The notes: generated by a model not told the origin, from the letters alone. Positions 24,901 to 37,261 are shown, counted from the stretch's first letter. The stretch: DNA of 64,000 nucleotides from Negaprion brevirostris (GCA_030324005.1 JARDVH010000110.1:21173198-21237197); one strand, 5' to 3'. Numbers and translations are program-made.

Positions 24901-25562
24901 TATAACTGCTATACTTGTATTTGGTGCCACCATGAGAGGATCTTCCATGTCTCAAATGAAAGGTGTTTCATTTCCCCAGTACAAATATTCCTCATCTCAG
25001 AGACCAGATCTTTCCAAAATCAACATAGAGCAATGGTGCACAACATCCTTAGAAATGGGATATATTTTTGGTCTGCCGAAATCAAACAAGTGAACATGAT
25101 TTGGTGACTTGCCAGTCTTTTTTCATTGTGTCTCTGTTTCTTATTTTCAGTGCATTTTTCTGCTTTATTACTGTATTTGATATTTGTTAGCGCCTCTCAC
25201 CATTTGAATATCCTTTATGTAAGATTAATTATCAACTGATTAACCACCAAAACATGATAAACCTGTGAAACGTTATTTTCAATTTAATCAGTTTACTTCC
25301 TAGATTGTTCATCTGTTACTTAGACCTGAACTAAACTTGGGTACAACTAGTTCTCCATTATTGTACTTCCATGGGTATGCAAATATTACTAAGATTTTCT
25401 GATAATATGTCTATTAGAAGTTAACAAGTATATCCCTTGTTAAGCATTCCTAATGTGTTCCTAATAAAGCAAAACGCTGAACAAAAACATGCTGAAGGAA
25501 AATCACTTTCCTGTAAGAAAACATGTGATAAGTGTAGGTTACAATCCTGACCTGGAATTTTT

Positions 25563-26236
25563 ACTTCAAAAATTATTGGTGCCCTTGAACCTAAGAAGTG
25601 CAAAAATCCTCTCACTAATGCTTACTAGTTTAGTAACTCAAATTGAAAACTGTTAATAACTTACTATTTCTACTTACCCCCAAGTTGCTGCTTCCTGCCT
25701 CCAGTGCATCTCTTTTCCCGCTCACCACTTCCTGCTCTGACCCTACCACTCACTGTTTCCTTCCCCAACCCTTCTTGTCATTTCCCATTCCCATAACCTT
25801 CCCACTTGCTGCTTCCTCTCCCTGACTCTCCCATTTGTCACTTTTCCCACATCTGATCCTCAAGTTTGCTGCTTCCAGTTCCGAGATCCTCCCACTTGCT
25901 GCCTTTCTATCCTGACCGTCCTGAACACTGCTTTCTTCTCCTACCCAATCCCTTTCCTTCACTGCTTCCCTCTCCAAAATCTTCACTATAAGCAAGGGGA
26001 GTGGAGGGAGTAGGGCAGGTGGAGGGAAATGACGGGTGGGAGAGGTAGCAAGTGTGAAGGTCAGGGAGGGAAGCAGCAAATAAGTGGTGTGTGGGAAAAG
26101 AGGCAGGAAACAGCAATTTGGAGGTAAGTAGAAATAGTAAGTTATTAAGAATTTTCAATTTCAGTTGCTAAGTTAGTAAGGATTAGTGAGAGAATTTTTG
26201 CACTTGTTAGGCTCAAGGCACCAAGAGATTTTTAAG
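25563..26236. repeat. Long imperfect inverted repeat (foldback), arms ~140-170 bp
   Basis: 25563-25735 is the reverse complement of ~26075-26236, with a perfect 26-bp core (25653-25678 vs 26123-26148). Confidence 0.9.
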
Positions 26237-27033
26237 GGGGTTAGGAGAGGGAAGCAGTGAGCAGGAGTGCTGGTTGGGGAAGAAGACAGCGTGCAGAAGA
26301 GTCAGCAAATGGAAAGGTCAGGAGAGAAACAGTGAGGAGAAGATAGAAGTGATGAATGGGAGGGTCAGAGCAAAGTGGTGAACTGGAGAGACAATATATG
26401 AATTTTACTATCCTTCCTGCCACAGGAATTGCAGCAGGTGGGATACGACCGTGCAAGAGTTAATTGACCTCAGGCAGAATTTTCTGGTTTTGGAGCGATT
26501 GGCCGGAAAATCCCGCCCAGTGAGTGGGAAGATCAGACAGGGAAGAAGCAACTGAGAGAGGCAGTGAAGAGGAGGATTCGAAGAGGGAAGTAACAAGGGG
26601 AGGGTGAGGAGGGAAGCAGACAGTTTGTTATTTTAAAAGACTGAGCATGCTCAGTAAGCACACTTGTCCAGAAGTGAAGGCAGCACTATTCAAGAAAGGT
26701 CCCTAATTTACAACTACAAAAATGAAAGTGTGCTTTTAGAACATGCTTCGAACATGGTTTGGGTGACGATGGAGGAGGAATACATGTAGTCTTAATTCAT
26801 AATTTTTTAGTGCAAAAATCTTGGAACAATCGCAATACATAGTTAATTCATAAGCTTCTGCAAAATCATTCATACTGGGATGTTTTATTTTCCTGAAAGA
26901 AAGATTATGTTGATAACCACATGTACTTTTATCTGCTTTGCAGATTATGCAAATGTTTAAATTCAATTACTTTATGAATTTCTGTGCCTCAAAAAGTGAA
27001 TGTCAGTTTAACTGTAAATTTTATTATTGACAG

Positions 27034-27175
27034 GACCGGATTATTGATGCAGGTCCAAAAGGAAATTATTCACGCTTCATGAATCACAGTTGTAAACCAA
27101 ACTGTGAGACACAAAAATGGACAGTGAATGGAGACACTCGAGTTGGACTCTTTGCCCTTTGTGATATTGCTGTTG
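27034..27175 (+). CDS. NSD1: NSD1 coding exon, SET catalytic core, 142 bp
   Basis: tgacag|GAC CGG...GTTG|gtaaga; [47 protein letters not shown]. Not in the ORF track. Confidence 0.96.
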
Positions 27176-28559
27176 GTAAGAAATTGCTTAAAAGATCAGG
27201 CACTTAAGATGTATATTAATGGGATGACCATCCAATTAGATGCAGGTAATAAACCAAAAGTAGGGTCCCAAACCAATGTAATCGTTGATTAATTTGCAAT
27301 ATAAAGAATGTTCAACATGAATAGATTTCCCAAATTAGATGTATCAGTAGTGGAGTGAGGATTGGAGCGTTAGCTGAGAAGCTATTAAATTTACATTTCA
27401 TTTTGATTGTTATAGTAAACAATCTTCTAGACAGCAAGTTGGACCGAGGGAAAAGTGCTCTCACATAAATGCCACAGTTTGCTCCACTTGAAAAAGATTC
27501 AATGCTCAACGGAGGGAGTGAGCTGCTTTCTTGACTGTTGTGATCCATGTGCTGTAGGGACATCCACAGAATCTTGTAAGATTAAAACTGCTGGGTCCTC
27601 CTACCATGCATTTGCCTTTTGTGTACTTGCAGGCCACGCACACTGCCTGAGTCTCAGTCACCCTAAGGAAAACTGAAATAGTGTGCAAAAATTCAGCCTA
27701 CCTACCAAGTCAGCTCCATAGTTTGGCCAGTCCCCCTGCAAGCCCAGAAAATGGTGAGGTGAGAACACAGTGATGGGCAGCCCAACACTTTCATTTTATT
27801 TGGACTTTATCAGCAGCACTCTCAGCAACCAGTCTTGCCTCCACAAGATTCTGGCCAAGGGATCTGTATCTTGAAATTTAATATGCACCAAAATAAGTCA
27901 GTTCACCTTGCACTCATCCATCAAGCAGATGGTAGGCTGTGTTTCTTACCAAACCCTTGTGTTACTTTCTACATATTTTGAAACATGTTTGTTTTCCACA
28001 TCTGTAACTTAAAAAGCAAAATCTAGCCTTGGCACAACTAAGTAGACAACATAATGATTGAAGACTAATTACAACATTAAAGTTGTATGTACCATGTTTT
28101 AGTTCTGCATCCACTATGACCTCCCTGTTTTACACACTGTCATCTTTTCCATTGCACAGCTTTTAAACTTTTGTCCAGGGAATTTAGAAAATTGCAGATC
28201 ACAATTTGGTCTTTCTAAACATGCTTACTTCAAAGTCTTCACTTTCTCGCAATTAATAACAATTTGAATGTAAAATGAACAGTTAAAATTAGCACTCAAT
28301 AACAAATCAGCAACTTAGTTTTAAGGATCAAATGAAAAATATGTTTCTAAATGGATTAGGAGCTGCAGCTTTCAGTCCTTTTCTTTATGGCATATGGTGA
28401 CTGATTCTTGCAGTGATACTGTAAGACTCCAACATAATAATAGCCCATAACTTCCAGTGAAGTGCCAATTGCATTAGGCTGCCATTCCATTCCTAGGTCA
28501 GGATAATCTGGTCTCACACGCAGCAAGTGTATTTGTGGAAAAATATTGCAGGAACAAAA

Positions 28560-31500
28560 GATCTGTTTCCCAAATGTGTAAAAACAGGTTGCGATTGTCC
28601 ATTCCTGCCCTCAATGGCAGAGTTCATTTCTTGCCATGCCATGCCAAGAACACTCTTTTTCTATGCATTAGGATATCATGAATGCTCATTATCAAGGCAA
28701 CTCACCAGAATCAAGACCCCATGCTGGTGTCTAATTAGACTGGCTATGTGCACCTGGTGACCTGCACTTCACTTCTGAATTTGAGGTTTGGTCTTTGCCT
28801 ACCTTACATTGCACAGCACTTCAGACTTCATGCTAGCCCCACAGGCAACATCACTTCATTTTCAAGGGGAGGAGCAGTTTACAGTGACAAAGCTTCATCC
28901 AGATCAGCAGTAAGATCATCAGTAATGTGCTGCCAAATAAGAACCCGACTGATAGGTGGGGGTGGAGACAATGGAGGCAAGTAAAAGGGCTGGAGGGCAA
29001 GGCTTGACTGGGGAAGGTTGCACTCAGACACATAACAAGGAATGGTGATGGGGAAGCATCCTTTCGACCAGAATTGGGAGATCATCTCTTATAGAAGGAC
29101 ATAAGCTAGTTGGAGCCAGAATTGGAAGATAAGCTGTTACGGAAGGACATAAGCAAGGTGGGGTGAGAATTGGGAGAGAATCTCTTGCAGAAGGACATTA
29201 GCAGGTTGGGCCCAGAACTGGGAGAGAACCTCTTCAGAAAGACATAAGCAAGTTGGGGCCAGAAGAGGACATAAGCAAGTCAGGCCAGAATTGGAAGGTT
29301 CCCTTACAGAAGGTGTACATGTCGGAGCCAGAATTAGAAGAATGAAGAAGTCATCCAGGTTACATTTCTGAGCTTCCAAACAGGGGCAGGGAAAGCATGT
29401 CAGCCCACTGCCCAGCATAGTGTGCATAGGGTGTAGTCATCAATTCACACACAGCAATCAGGTTGTGATGATTTCTGGAGTACCACTGAGCTGCAAATGA
29501 TACAATCGCTGTCAGGGGAGACATCTGCAGCTTGTAGATGAGGAGCAGGCAGTATACAGCAAGCATTCAATGGTCTCATGGGATGGTGCAGTAAAATCTT
29601 CATGGATGACAAAGAGCAATAGAGTTCAAGGAAAGGGTATCCTTCTCCATACATATCTTCATCTCTCCTTCCACACTACACCTTTACCTTTCCACAATGC
29701 AGATGAATCAGGAGACTACATGAGCCTCTATCTTACATAGCGAAGAATGAACATCACTTGAATCTGCAGTGTATGTTGACAAAATGCCTTTCATGAACAC
29801 ACTTTACATTAAGGGTGAGGCATCACTTATGTAGGTAACGAACTGAGAAGAGAGACACACTGTGATGTAATGGCTGCACATAACATCAATCAGATACATG
29901 ATGTGAAATCTGCGATAGAATGGGGGGTGAGGCGAAGGAACATGGTGTGACATCAGATTGAGCACAATACAACTTAACATAAAGAAAAACCGTACATATG
30001 AGGAAATGTGGAATGGGTGTAATTCTGTTTACATTGGTGGAATGATATGTGAACACTCGTGCCACCATTGTGCTTCTAATATTTCTTGATCTTCTTGACG
30101 ATACTGCTATGTCTTGGTGCCTTCCCAACACCCACAGTAGAGTGGAGGCAGCCTACTGATTGCTATACTTTGTTGTCTGTGATGACTTTGGTGGGCATCC
30201 GCTAGACAGCCAAGACTTGGAGGGTCCAGGCCTACTTTCAGTAGGAGCTCAAGATAAGGAGTCTCAGGCAGAGATTGGGATCAGCTGGACACTCGCAGAA
30301 CCACCTGGTTGGATGACCCAGGGTGTTCAACTGCTGATCTTCATTCATATGGGTGTCTGAGGGCCTTTAACTGAATACTTGAGGAGAAAGGATATTTGGA
30401 GTATCGAGGTGCCCTGACCCGTCTTGCATACCCACTGAATGGATTGCAACATCTGAGGCAGCACAGGTGGAATGCCCTGGACCATGGTCTCCAGGGCCAC
30501 TGCCTTCCTCCCAGTGTTAACCTCAGTGCAGTGGCATGCCAGTGGTATTACATCAGATTGAACGCAGACTGACTCCTCCATTGTACGTTGTAATCTGTGG
30601 TGACAACCCTACCCGATATTCCCATGTTTGTTGCTGCTGCTCCAACATTTGCGTTAAGACTGAGTTCACGGGTTTGCCATCTGACTGGGACTCAATAGAA
30701 TCCTGGCCTCCAGCAGTCCTCCAAGCGTCGGTGACCTTGGATATTCCCAACTCTACTTGCTATGGACCAGACTCTGTGCTGTGCTCACCAGATTATGACA
30801 CCGGGCCTGCTGTAGATCTAGGTCTCACCATAATCTGTGCCTGTGTGCTGGTGAGGGGCGTGGGTAAGCTACGACAAATCCTCCACAAGTGGGTCCTCAA
30901 AATCCTCATCTGAGGTGTCTTTAGGGCTGGAGATGAGAGGCTGACTCTTGGTGTCCATGGAGCACTCTGGTGCCAATGAAAGAGAATAGAGATAATTAGT
31001 GCACGGCTAGACTCCGAGATATAATATTGCAGCCTCGGTGTCTGAGGGACCAGCTGATGCAGGATCCTTAGTTGGGTGTGCACCACCAATTTCACTGTTG
31101 GCACAGGCATAGTCCTGATCCTCTCCGGCCAGATATACGGAGAGTGTGAGCAGGAGGTATGCCATGGCAGATGATAAGGACAGGAGTCTTATGTGCATGC
31201 AAAGTGTAACCATGTACAGGATGAGGGAACAAACTACATAGGATATGAGCCCAGATAGAGATGACAGTGTGTGTGGGAGAGTGAGTGGTAAGGTCCAGTG
31301 TGCTAGTGGTGTGTGAGATCCCTGTAGATTGAGAATGTGAGGGGCTTGCGAGAGTGTGAGCTGAAAGGGTTGACTTACCCTGGCTGTGAGGATGGGTCAG
31401 TGCAATAGTTGTCCAAAAGCGAGAAGTGGTTGTAATTTTTCTAACATTTTCTGAGTGACTATTGCTGTGCGGCAATCAGAACCATTCAAAGTTTGAGGTT

Positions 31501-31560
31501 TAAATCAAGCTTGAACTTCCTGGGCAATTTCTGTGAAATCCTTAGCTGGGAATTTCTAGG
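28560..31560. mobile_element. Degenerate composite element, possibly a PIF/Harbinger-type transposon
   Basis: GC-richer block with fragmented minus-strand coiled-coil-like ORFs (30345-31213), a minus-strand donor (gacttaccctgg, 31372) and weak HARBI1-like text near 29430-29500. Family assignment is an inference. Confidence 0.35.
29068..29340. repeat. Minisatellite, ~48-bp unit, about 6 degenerate copies
   Basis: ccagaattgggaga....ctt.cagaaggacataagcaagttgg recurs at ~29068, 29116, 29164, 29212, 29259 (short) and 29286. Confidence 0.85.
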
Positions 31561-32171
31561 TTGGAGGGGTGATTCCTAATGCATCTTTGGGATGCCCTCC
31601 CCAGATACACTCAGATGTTACACATCAAAATATTTAATTGAGTACTGGGTTCTACCTTTGTATCCTAGTCACAACATTAAACAGGTGGAACAGCACAATA
31701 TCATTGCATGTGAAATTTAACAAAATAATTATTGTCAGGATGTCTCAGACTCGCATTTTTAAAAGACAGTGCCTTGAAACTAGGAAGGGCAAAATGCAAA
31801 CAAACCTACACAAGTACAGCTTTGTGTCTTGGGCAGCCAGTGCAGCACTTTAAGTGACTAGAAGTGCACGTTGGGGATTTGGGCATGTCTGATTGTGGAC
31901 CCCTAAATATTCTCCCCCATTGACTTTAATAGAAATAAGTTGCAGAGCCCAAGAATCAGGGGTGCCCCGTGTTCCTGTAATGTGCATTTGCTTGAAGGAA
32001 ACTTGGTGCTGAGTGCATTAAACACAAAACCGTAACGTCATAGCTACTTTAGTGTTTGTCTGAAAATTCCTTTGTAACATTTAGAAATTCAGAGATATGG
32101 TCTAGGTATGATTTCAGACTATTGCGCAGGAAGACTATGTGCAAACCTAATAACACTGATACTTTTTGCAG

Positions 32172-32278
32172 GGTCTGAACTGACATTTAACTACCACCTG
32201 GAATGCTTGGGCACTGGAAAGACTATATGCAAATGTGGGGCTCCAAACTGCAGTGGCTATCTCGGAGTCCCTCCTAAG
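32172..32278 (+). CDS. NSD1: NSD1 coding exon, SET end and post-SET, 107 bp
   Basis: ttgcag|GG TCT GAA...CCTAAG|gtagga; [36 protein letters not shown]. Confidence 0.96.
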
Positions 32279-32619
32279 GTAGGACATCTCTTATTCTTAA
32301 AATAGCCATAGCATTGCAACAGTTTCTATTATACTAGATTTTTTGCAATATATGTTAACTTTAAAATCTGCTTGATTATTCATACATTAATTTTTCACTT
32401 CGAGAATCTACAGTGCGATCTGTGGTCGGAAACGTATGACATGAATTAGCATGAAAATGAATTTATTTGACAAGATTAGATTTCTAAGATCCAAAGAAAT
32501 GACTGATGGGGAAAGTTTCATCACTACAGACTGTAATAAAAATTAGACAACATTTTCGTCTTTATCGTATTTACAAAAGCGCTATCATGTAATAGCTAAT
32601 GAAGGACTATAAATCACAG

Positions 32620-33130
32620 TAAATAAATCGACCTATGTGTAAGACAACCCTAACTTTTGGCACCAAAATTCATATTTAGGCCCAGCCTCAATTTATAAGT
32701 CAACCCCACCACCCTTTTGTGCTAAGAACTTTAGTTGGCCTCAATTTTTCATTTCAGAAATCCTTGTTTCACTCACCTATAAGTCAGTGTATGGGATTTA
32801 TGACACACCGACACAAAGCAAACAGTGTGTGACAAAGTAGGTCCTGTGGCAAAAAGAGTGAGGTACAAAGCTGGTTCCAAACTAAAAGTCATGAAATTTG
32901 TTGACCTGCCAAATAACTGTGTTGCAGCAAGAGAATTTAATATTCGTGAAAAGCTGGTGCGGAAACAAAATAAGAAGGAATCCACCCTGAAGAAATTGCC
33001 AAAGACTAAATACGCCATGAGAATAGGGACCAGTCACTCATCCAATTTTAAAGAGCATATATTGGAAATGGTCCTTGAAAGTCACCAGAATAGTCACATC
33101 GGCAACAGAAATACAAACACGCGCTAGGAG
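32620..33130 (+). mobile_element. pogo-family (Tc1/mariner superfamily) transposon 5' fragment with Brinker-type DNA-binding domain
   Basis: KRVRYKAGSKLKVMKFVDLPNNCVAAREFNIREKLVR...LKKLPKTKYAMR resembles the BrkDBD plus CENP-B HTH start of POGK-like transposases; subterminal tataagtc(g/a)accc motifs upstream. Confidence 0.7.
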
Positions 33131-34435
33131 GAATTCAAAAATGATTATCAATTTTTGTCTGACAAATATAAGCATTTTAGCCTTTTTGAAAAATGGCTGA
33201 CGTTAACAAATTTCTGCCAAACATCCGACTCAGTACATCCTCTGCCATAAATTTTTATATATCTCTGTTAATTTTTTTGGATCAGAGATTAATTTTCAGA
33301 AATTATAAAGACTTGTGTCCACACTTGCTTGAGCGTTTTACATCTTTACCATTTTATTATTTTCATTTATATGTGAGAAGAATGCTTATTGTTACAAAAA
33401 AATTGAATTTCCGGTCAAACGTGCTTCTTGATTCCCTGACATGAAACAGTGATGGTAATTTTTTATATGCTGCATTGCTTTTGTTAACAGTCTCTCTACC
33501 ATTTCCTATTAGTTAAGAATAAACTAGGTGTTGGATTTTACATCCAGTGTGCAGGGCCTATAGCTGGATGCAGAGGTGGGTGTAATGCCTGCTTTTTTTT
33601 TTAATCCTGTGGCTCAGCAGAGGTAAATTTTTGTGTGCTGCATTGCTTTTATTAATAATATTTCTGTTTCCTATTAGCCAAGAATAAACTAAGGATTTTG
33701 CTTCCATGTCAGAACTGTGGTCAGATGCAGAAGGAGATGTAACGTTTGATTTTGCTCAGTCCTCTGACCCAGTAATGATTTCACAGCTGTAGGAGGAGCT
33801 ATCATTGGAGCCAGGCTGCCAGGCCCAAGCAAAGAAGATTGGCCAGAGATAGAGAGGCAGAGGAGAGGAGTGGAAAAGCAGGGGTACTTATAGCTTGATG
33901 GGGGCTCCTTTCGAAACAGGAGGCCAGTTAAGAAGGCACTACTTTGTAAATTTCTGGATTTCCAACCAATTGCTGACCTCACCCTACTGCCCATGAGATA
34001 GTGTTGGAGATGGAAAATGGTATTTAAGTGCCTCAATTGGCACAGGAAAGATTGGGTTGCTGACACCACCTCTGCCACTCAAAACAGCGACATTGCAGAG
34101 CTGGAAGCTGGGAAGGTGTCGGGAAAGGTAACCGTGGCATTACACTTCTGTAGGAGTGTAAAACTCTCACCTAACTGTGCAGAATGAAAGGGAATTGGGG
34201 GGAAATATCTGATTGAAATGGCTATGCAAGGGATGAGTCTGTCTTTGAATTGTAAGCCTAATAGCTGGCAGAGTTACAAATATGATTCTGCAATGACATC
34301 AGTTTGACCAGCTGATTTCTAATAAATTAATGCAGATGTTTCACACGGATACCTGGATTATTCCTGGTCTGATCTATGATATTTCTTTTGAAATTCATTC
34401 AAATGTTTTTGCTTTCACTTCCATTGTACCTACAG

Positions 34436-34640
34436 AATATACAAAGCTCAACAGATGAAAAGAAGGTAAAAAGGCGGCACATTATTCCAAGGAAGCGTAG
34501 ACAGCAGTCTGAACTAGTAAGAGAACATGAAGAAGAGTGTTTCCGCTGTGGAGACAGTGGGCAGTTAGTAATCTGCAAGAAGCCAGGGTGTCCTAAGGTG
34601 TACCATGCTGATTGCCTGACCTTGACTAAGCGTCCTGCTG
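34436..34640 (+). CDS. NSD1: NSD1 coding exon, basic segment and PHD5, 205 bp
   Basis: ctacag|AAT ATA...GCTG|gtaagt; [68 protein letters not shown]. Confidence 0.95.
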
Positions 34641-34679
34641 GTAAGTAGTTGAATTTTTGCAGTGCATATTAAAAGGAGA

Positions 34680-35830
34680 AAGGCTTTGACCCTATCAATG
34701 TTCATTCCATCCATAGTAACAGCTGTAGATCATTTACCCTTGAATCTGTTCAGCCATTGGACTAGATTATGTAACCTAACTCCACATATTTGCCTTTGCC
34801 CTGTATTGCTTAATACCTCTAGTTAAAACATGTCAGTTTCAGGTTTCAAGTTAACAATTTACCATTGACAAAAGAGAGTTCAAAACTTTCACTACCCTTT
34901 GTGTGTCAAAGTGTTTCCTAACTTCACTCCTGTAATTTCTAATTTTTGTCACTTTAATTTCTAAGCTATGTTTCCAATCAGTGATAATAGTTTCTTACTA
35001 CCCATCAGTTTCCCTTGGTTAAGAAGGTCTATAGCCATAGTCCACAAGAGCATCTCTATTGGAGAGAGAGAGAGAATTGGTTATGTAGCTTGAGGACCAC
35101 CAAGTATGGAGCAGACAAGAGGCAGGTCCTGATCTACCTCAGCCAAAGCTGGCATTGTTCGGAATATTGTTCTTGCCACCTAGCCAACTGAGCTAAAGAG
35201 CCCCTCAGTTTCCCTTGGTATCTTGAAAACCCAGATCAAATTGTCCAAAAACATTCTAAATTCTGTTGATTAAAATCCATGTTTATGTAATTAGTTCTTA
35301 TTATTTAGCCATTGGAGACCAAATAGCACTCTACAGTCTGGCTGCATTCCTTTCAAGGCCATTGTATTCTTCCTAATATGTGGTGATCAGAGCTTCAAGT
35401 GTCATCTAATCAGGGCTTTGTGTAGCAGCAGCATGATTTTTAACCTCTTGTATTCCTCCATATATAAAGCCCAGCATTTCATTAGCTCTCTGGATTATTT
35501 CAGAATGTTCAGTGGAACTGAAGCCCTCTCTTTGGACACCTGCTTCAGTTTGAGTCTAATCAGGGCTTTGTATAGCTGTAGCGTGCTTTTTGACCCCTTC
35601 GATCTAATTATCCATATGGAAAGGCCAATATTCCATTAGTCATTTTGATCTTTTGATGATCTGTATAACTGAATCCCTAAGTCTCTTCAGACCTATACTA
35701 CTTCTAGCTTTTCACCATTTAAAAAGTAGCCTGATCTCTCCTTTTTAGATCCAAAGTGAATGACCTCCCACTTGGCCATACTGAAATCCGTTTGCCACAG
35801 TTTGATCATTTACTTAACCTAATTTTCTGC
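34680..35830 (-). mobile_element. CR1-type LINE remnant
   Basis: Reverse-complement CR1 3' region (aaagtgtttcctaacttcactcctg; ccaaagtgaatgacctcccactt). Confidence 0.6.
35020..35204 (-). mobile_element. tRNA-derived SINE inserted into the CR1 remnant, 15-bp TSD
   Basis: TCAGTTTCCCTTGGT at 35005-35019 and 35205-35219; head agccaactgagcta (reverse of tagctcagttggct). Confidence 0.75.
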
Positions 35831-35980
35831 TCCTAGCTAAGTGGCTTTCATTAGTTGTTCTGTTATTTGTTCGAATTCTTTTGTCACCTATGGGTATTCC
35901 AATTGGTGTCTTCCAAAGTTATATGTTTGAAGAAAGAGCGGGAACTAGTGAGGAATGCCAGGAGCAAAATGCAGGACCAG

Positions 35981-36492
35981 TGTGATGATATTGTACCTTT
36001 TAAGAAATGTATTTATATCATGTTTCTTGTAAGGGGTATGTTTAAAATTCAGCTCTGTTTTTACACGGTGATGATTTGTCTGTATCAGGCAGCTTGCATG
36101 CTGAGAATGAAGGCTAATGATTGACCTTAGCTAGGGATGTGTTTGCTTTAATCTGATTTAATACATTTTAGCTTATTTTGGTTTTCTCCTCTGAGGTTTC
36201 AAGAGTAGGGTTTTGATTAGGTCGATTGACAGATATGGTCATGTATAAATGGGGAAGCTAAGCTGACAGGGAAAACACGAAGTTCTCTCTTATTTTAAAC
36301 AGTCAGTTTTCTGTTTGGTCCAGAAAGAAACAAGTGATGTCTCTTTCTCTCTGTCTCTTTCTGGAAGCTGCTGTTTGGGGCTATCAGCAGACAAGTCTCT
36401 CTCCAACTCCCTCTCTCCCTCTCCAACTCCCTCTCTCCCTCTCCAACTCCCTCTCTCTCTCTCCAACTCCCTCTCCCTCTCTCTCTCTCCAA

Positions 36493-36527
<35 letters not shown>

Positions 36528-36622
36528 CAACTCCCTCTCCCTCTCTCTCTCTCCAACTCCCTCTCTCTCTCCAACTCCCTCTCTCTCTCTCCAACTCCCT
36601 CTCTCTCTCTCTCTCTCTCCAA

Positions 36623-36673
<51 letters not shown>

Positions 36674-37261
36674 TTTTTTTTCTCTCCAGCGATATTCAAA
36701 CGATTGAAAAGGAATAACAGAGTGTGAGAGACGATCACANNNNNNNNNNNNNNNNNNNNNNNNNNNNNNNNNNNNNNNNNNNNNNNNNNNNNNNNNNNNN
36801 NNNNNNNNNNNNNNNNNNNNNNNNNNNNNNNNNNNNNNNTCTCTCTCTCCAACTCCCTCTCTCTCTCTCTCTCCAACTCCCTCTCTCTCTCTCTCTCCAA
36901 CTCTGTCTCTCCCAGAAGTATTCAAAAGGCTCTGTTAACAAGCACAAGAACGTAAGCCTGGGTGTCGCTGACTGATTTTGAAGAGGAATTTAAGTCTCTA
37001 AGGAATATTGCTTGAATTGAAACTAGTAGAGATAGATTAGCAGTTAAGAATTGTATCTTGCCATATTTAAGTATTTCCATTGGTTAAAGTTAAACCAATT
37101 AATTTGTTATAGTTAAACAATATTGTTAAATAAAGTTTGCTTTGATAAAATGTTCCAAATGTGTCAATAGAATCCTCACACTAATACCAAAATCGAAAAA
37201 CTGTTGGGGTCTAGTGGAGCTTTATAACATACTTTGGGGTTTCTGCCCTGGTACCCTAACA
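35981..37261. mobile_element. Probable solo LTR containing an expanded CT-rich satellite
   Basis: Starts TGTGATG, ends CCTAACA, internal AATAAA (~37129); layout resembles 15324-16652; no clean TSD. Confidence 0.55.
36397..36910. repeat. (CT)n / CTCCAACTCC compound microsatellite
   Basis: Directly visible; interrupted by (CA)n, unique sequence and a 100-N gap. Confidence 0.95.

Noticed and set aside
29068-29340. Repeat-spacer-like array resembling CRISPR
   Set aside because: The variable parts are homologous to one another, the repeats are degenerate, there are no cas genes, and it lies in a vertebrate intron.
36290-36975. ER-rich and SL-rich ORFs on both strands
   Set aside because: Translations of a CT/GA microsatellite and an N gap.
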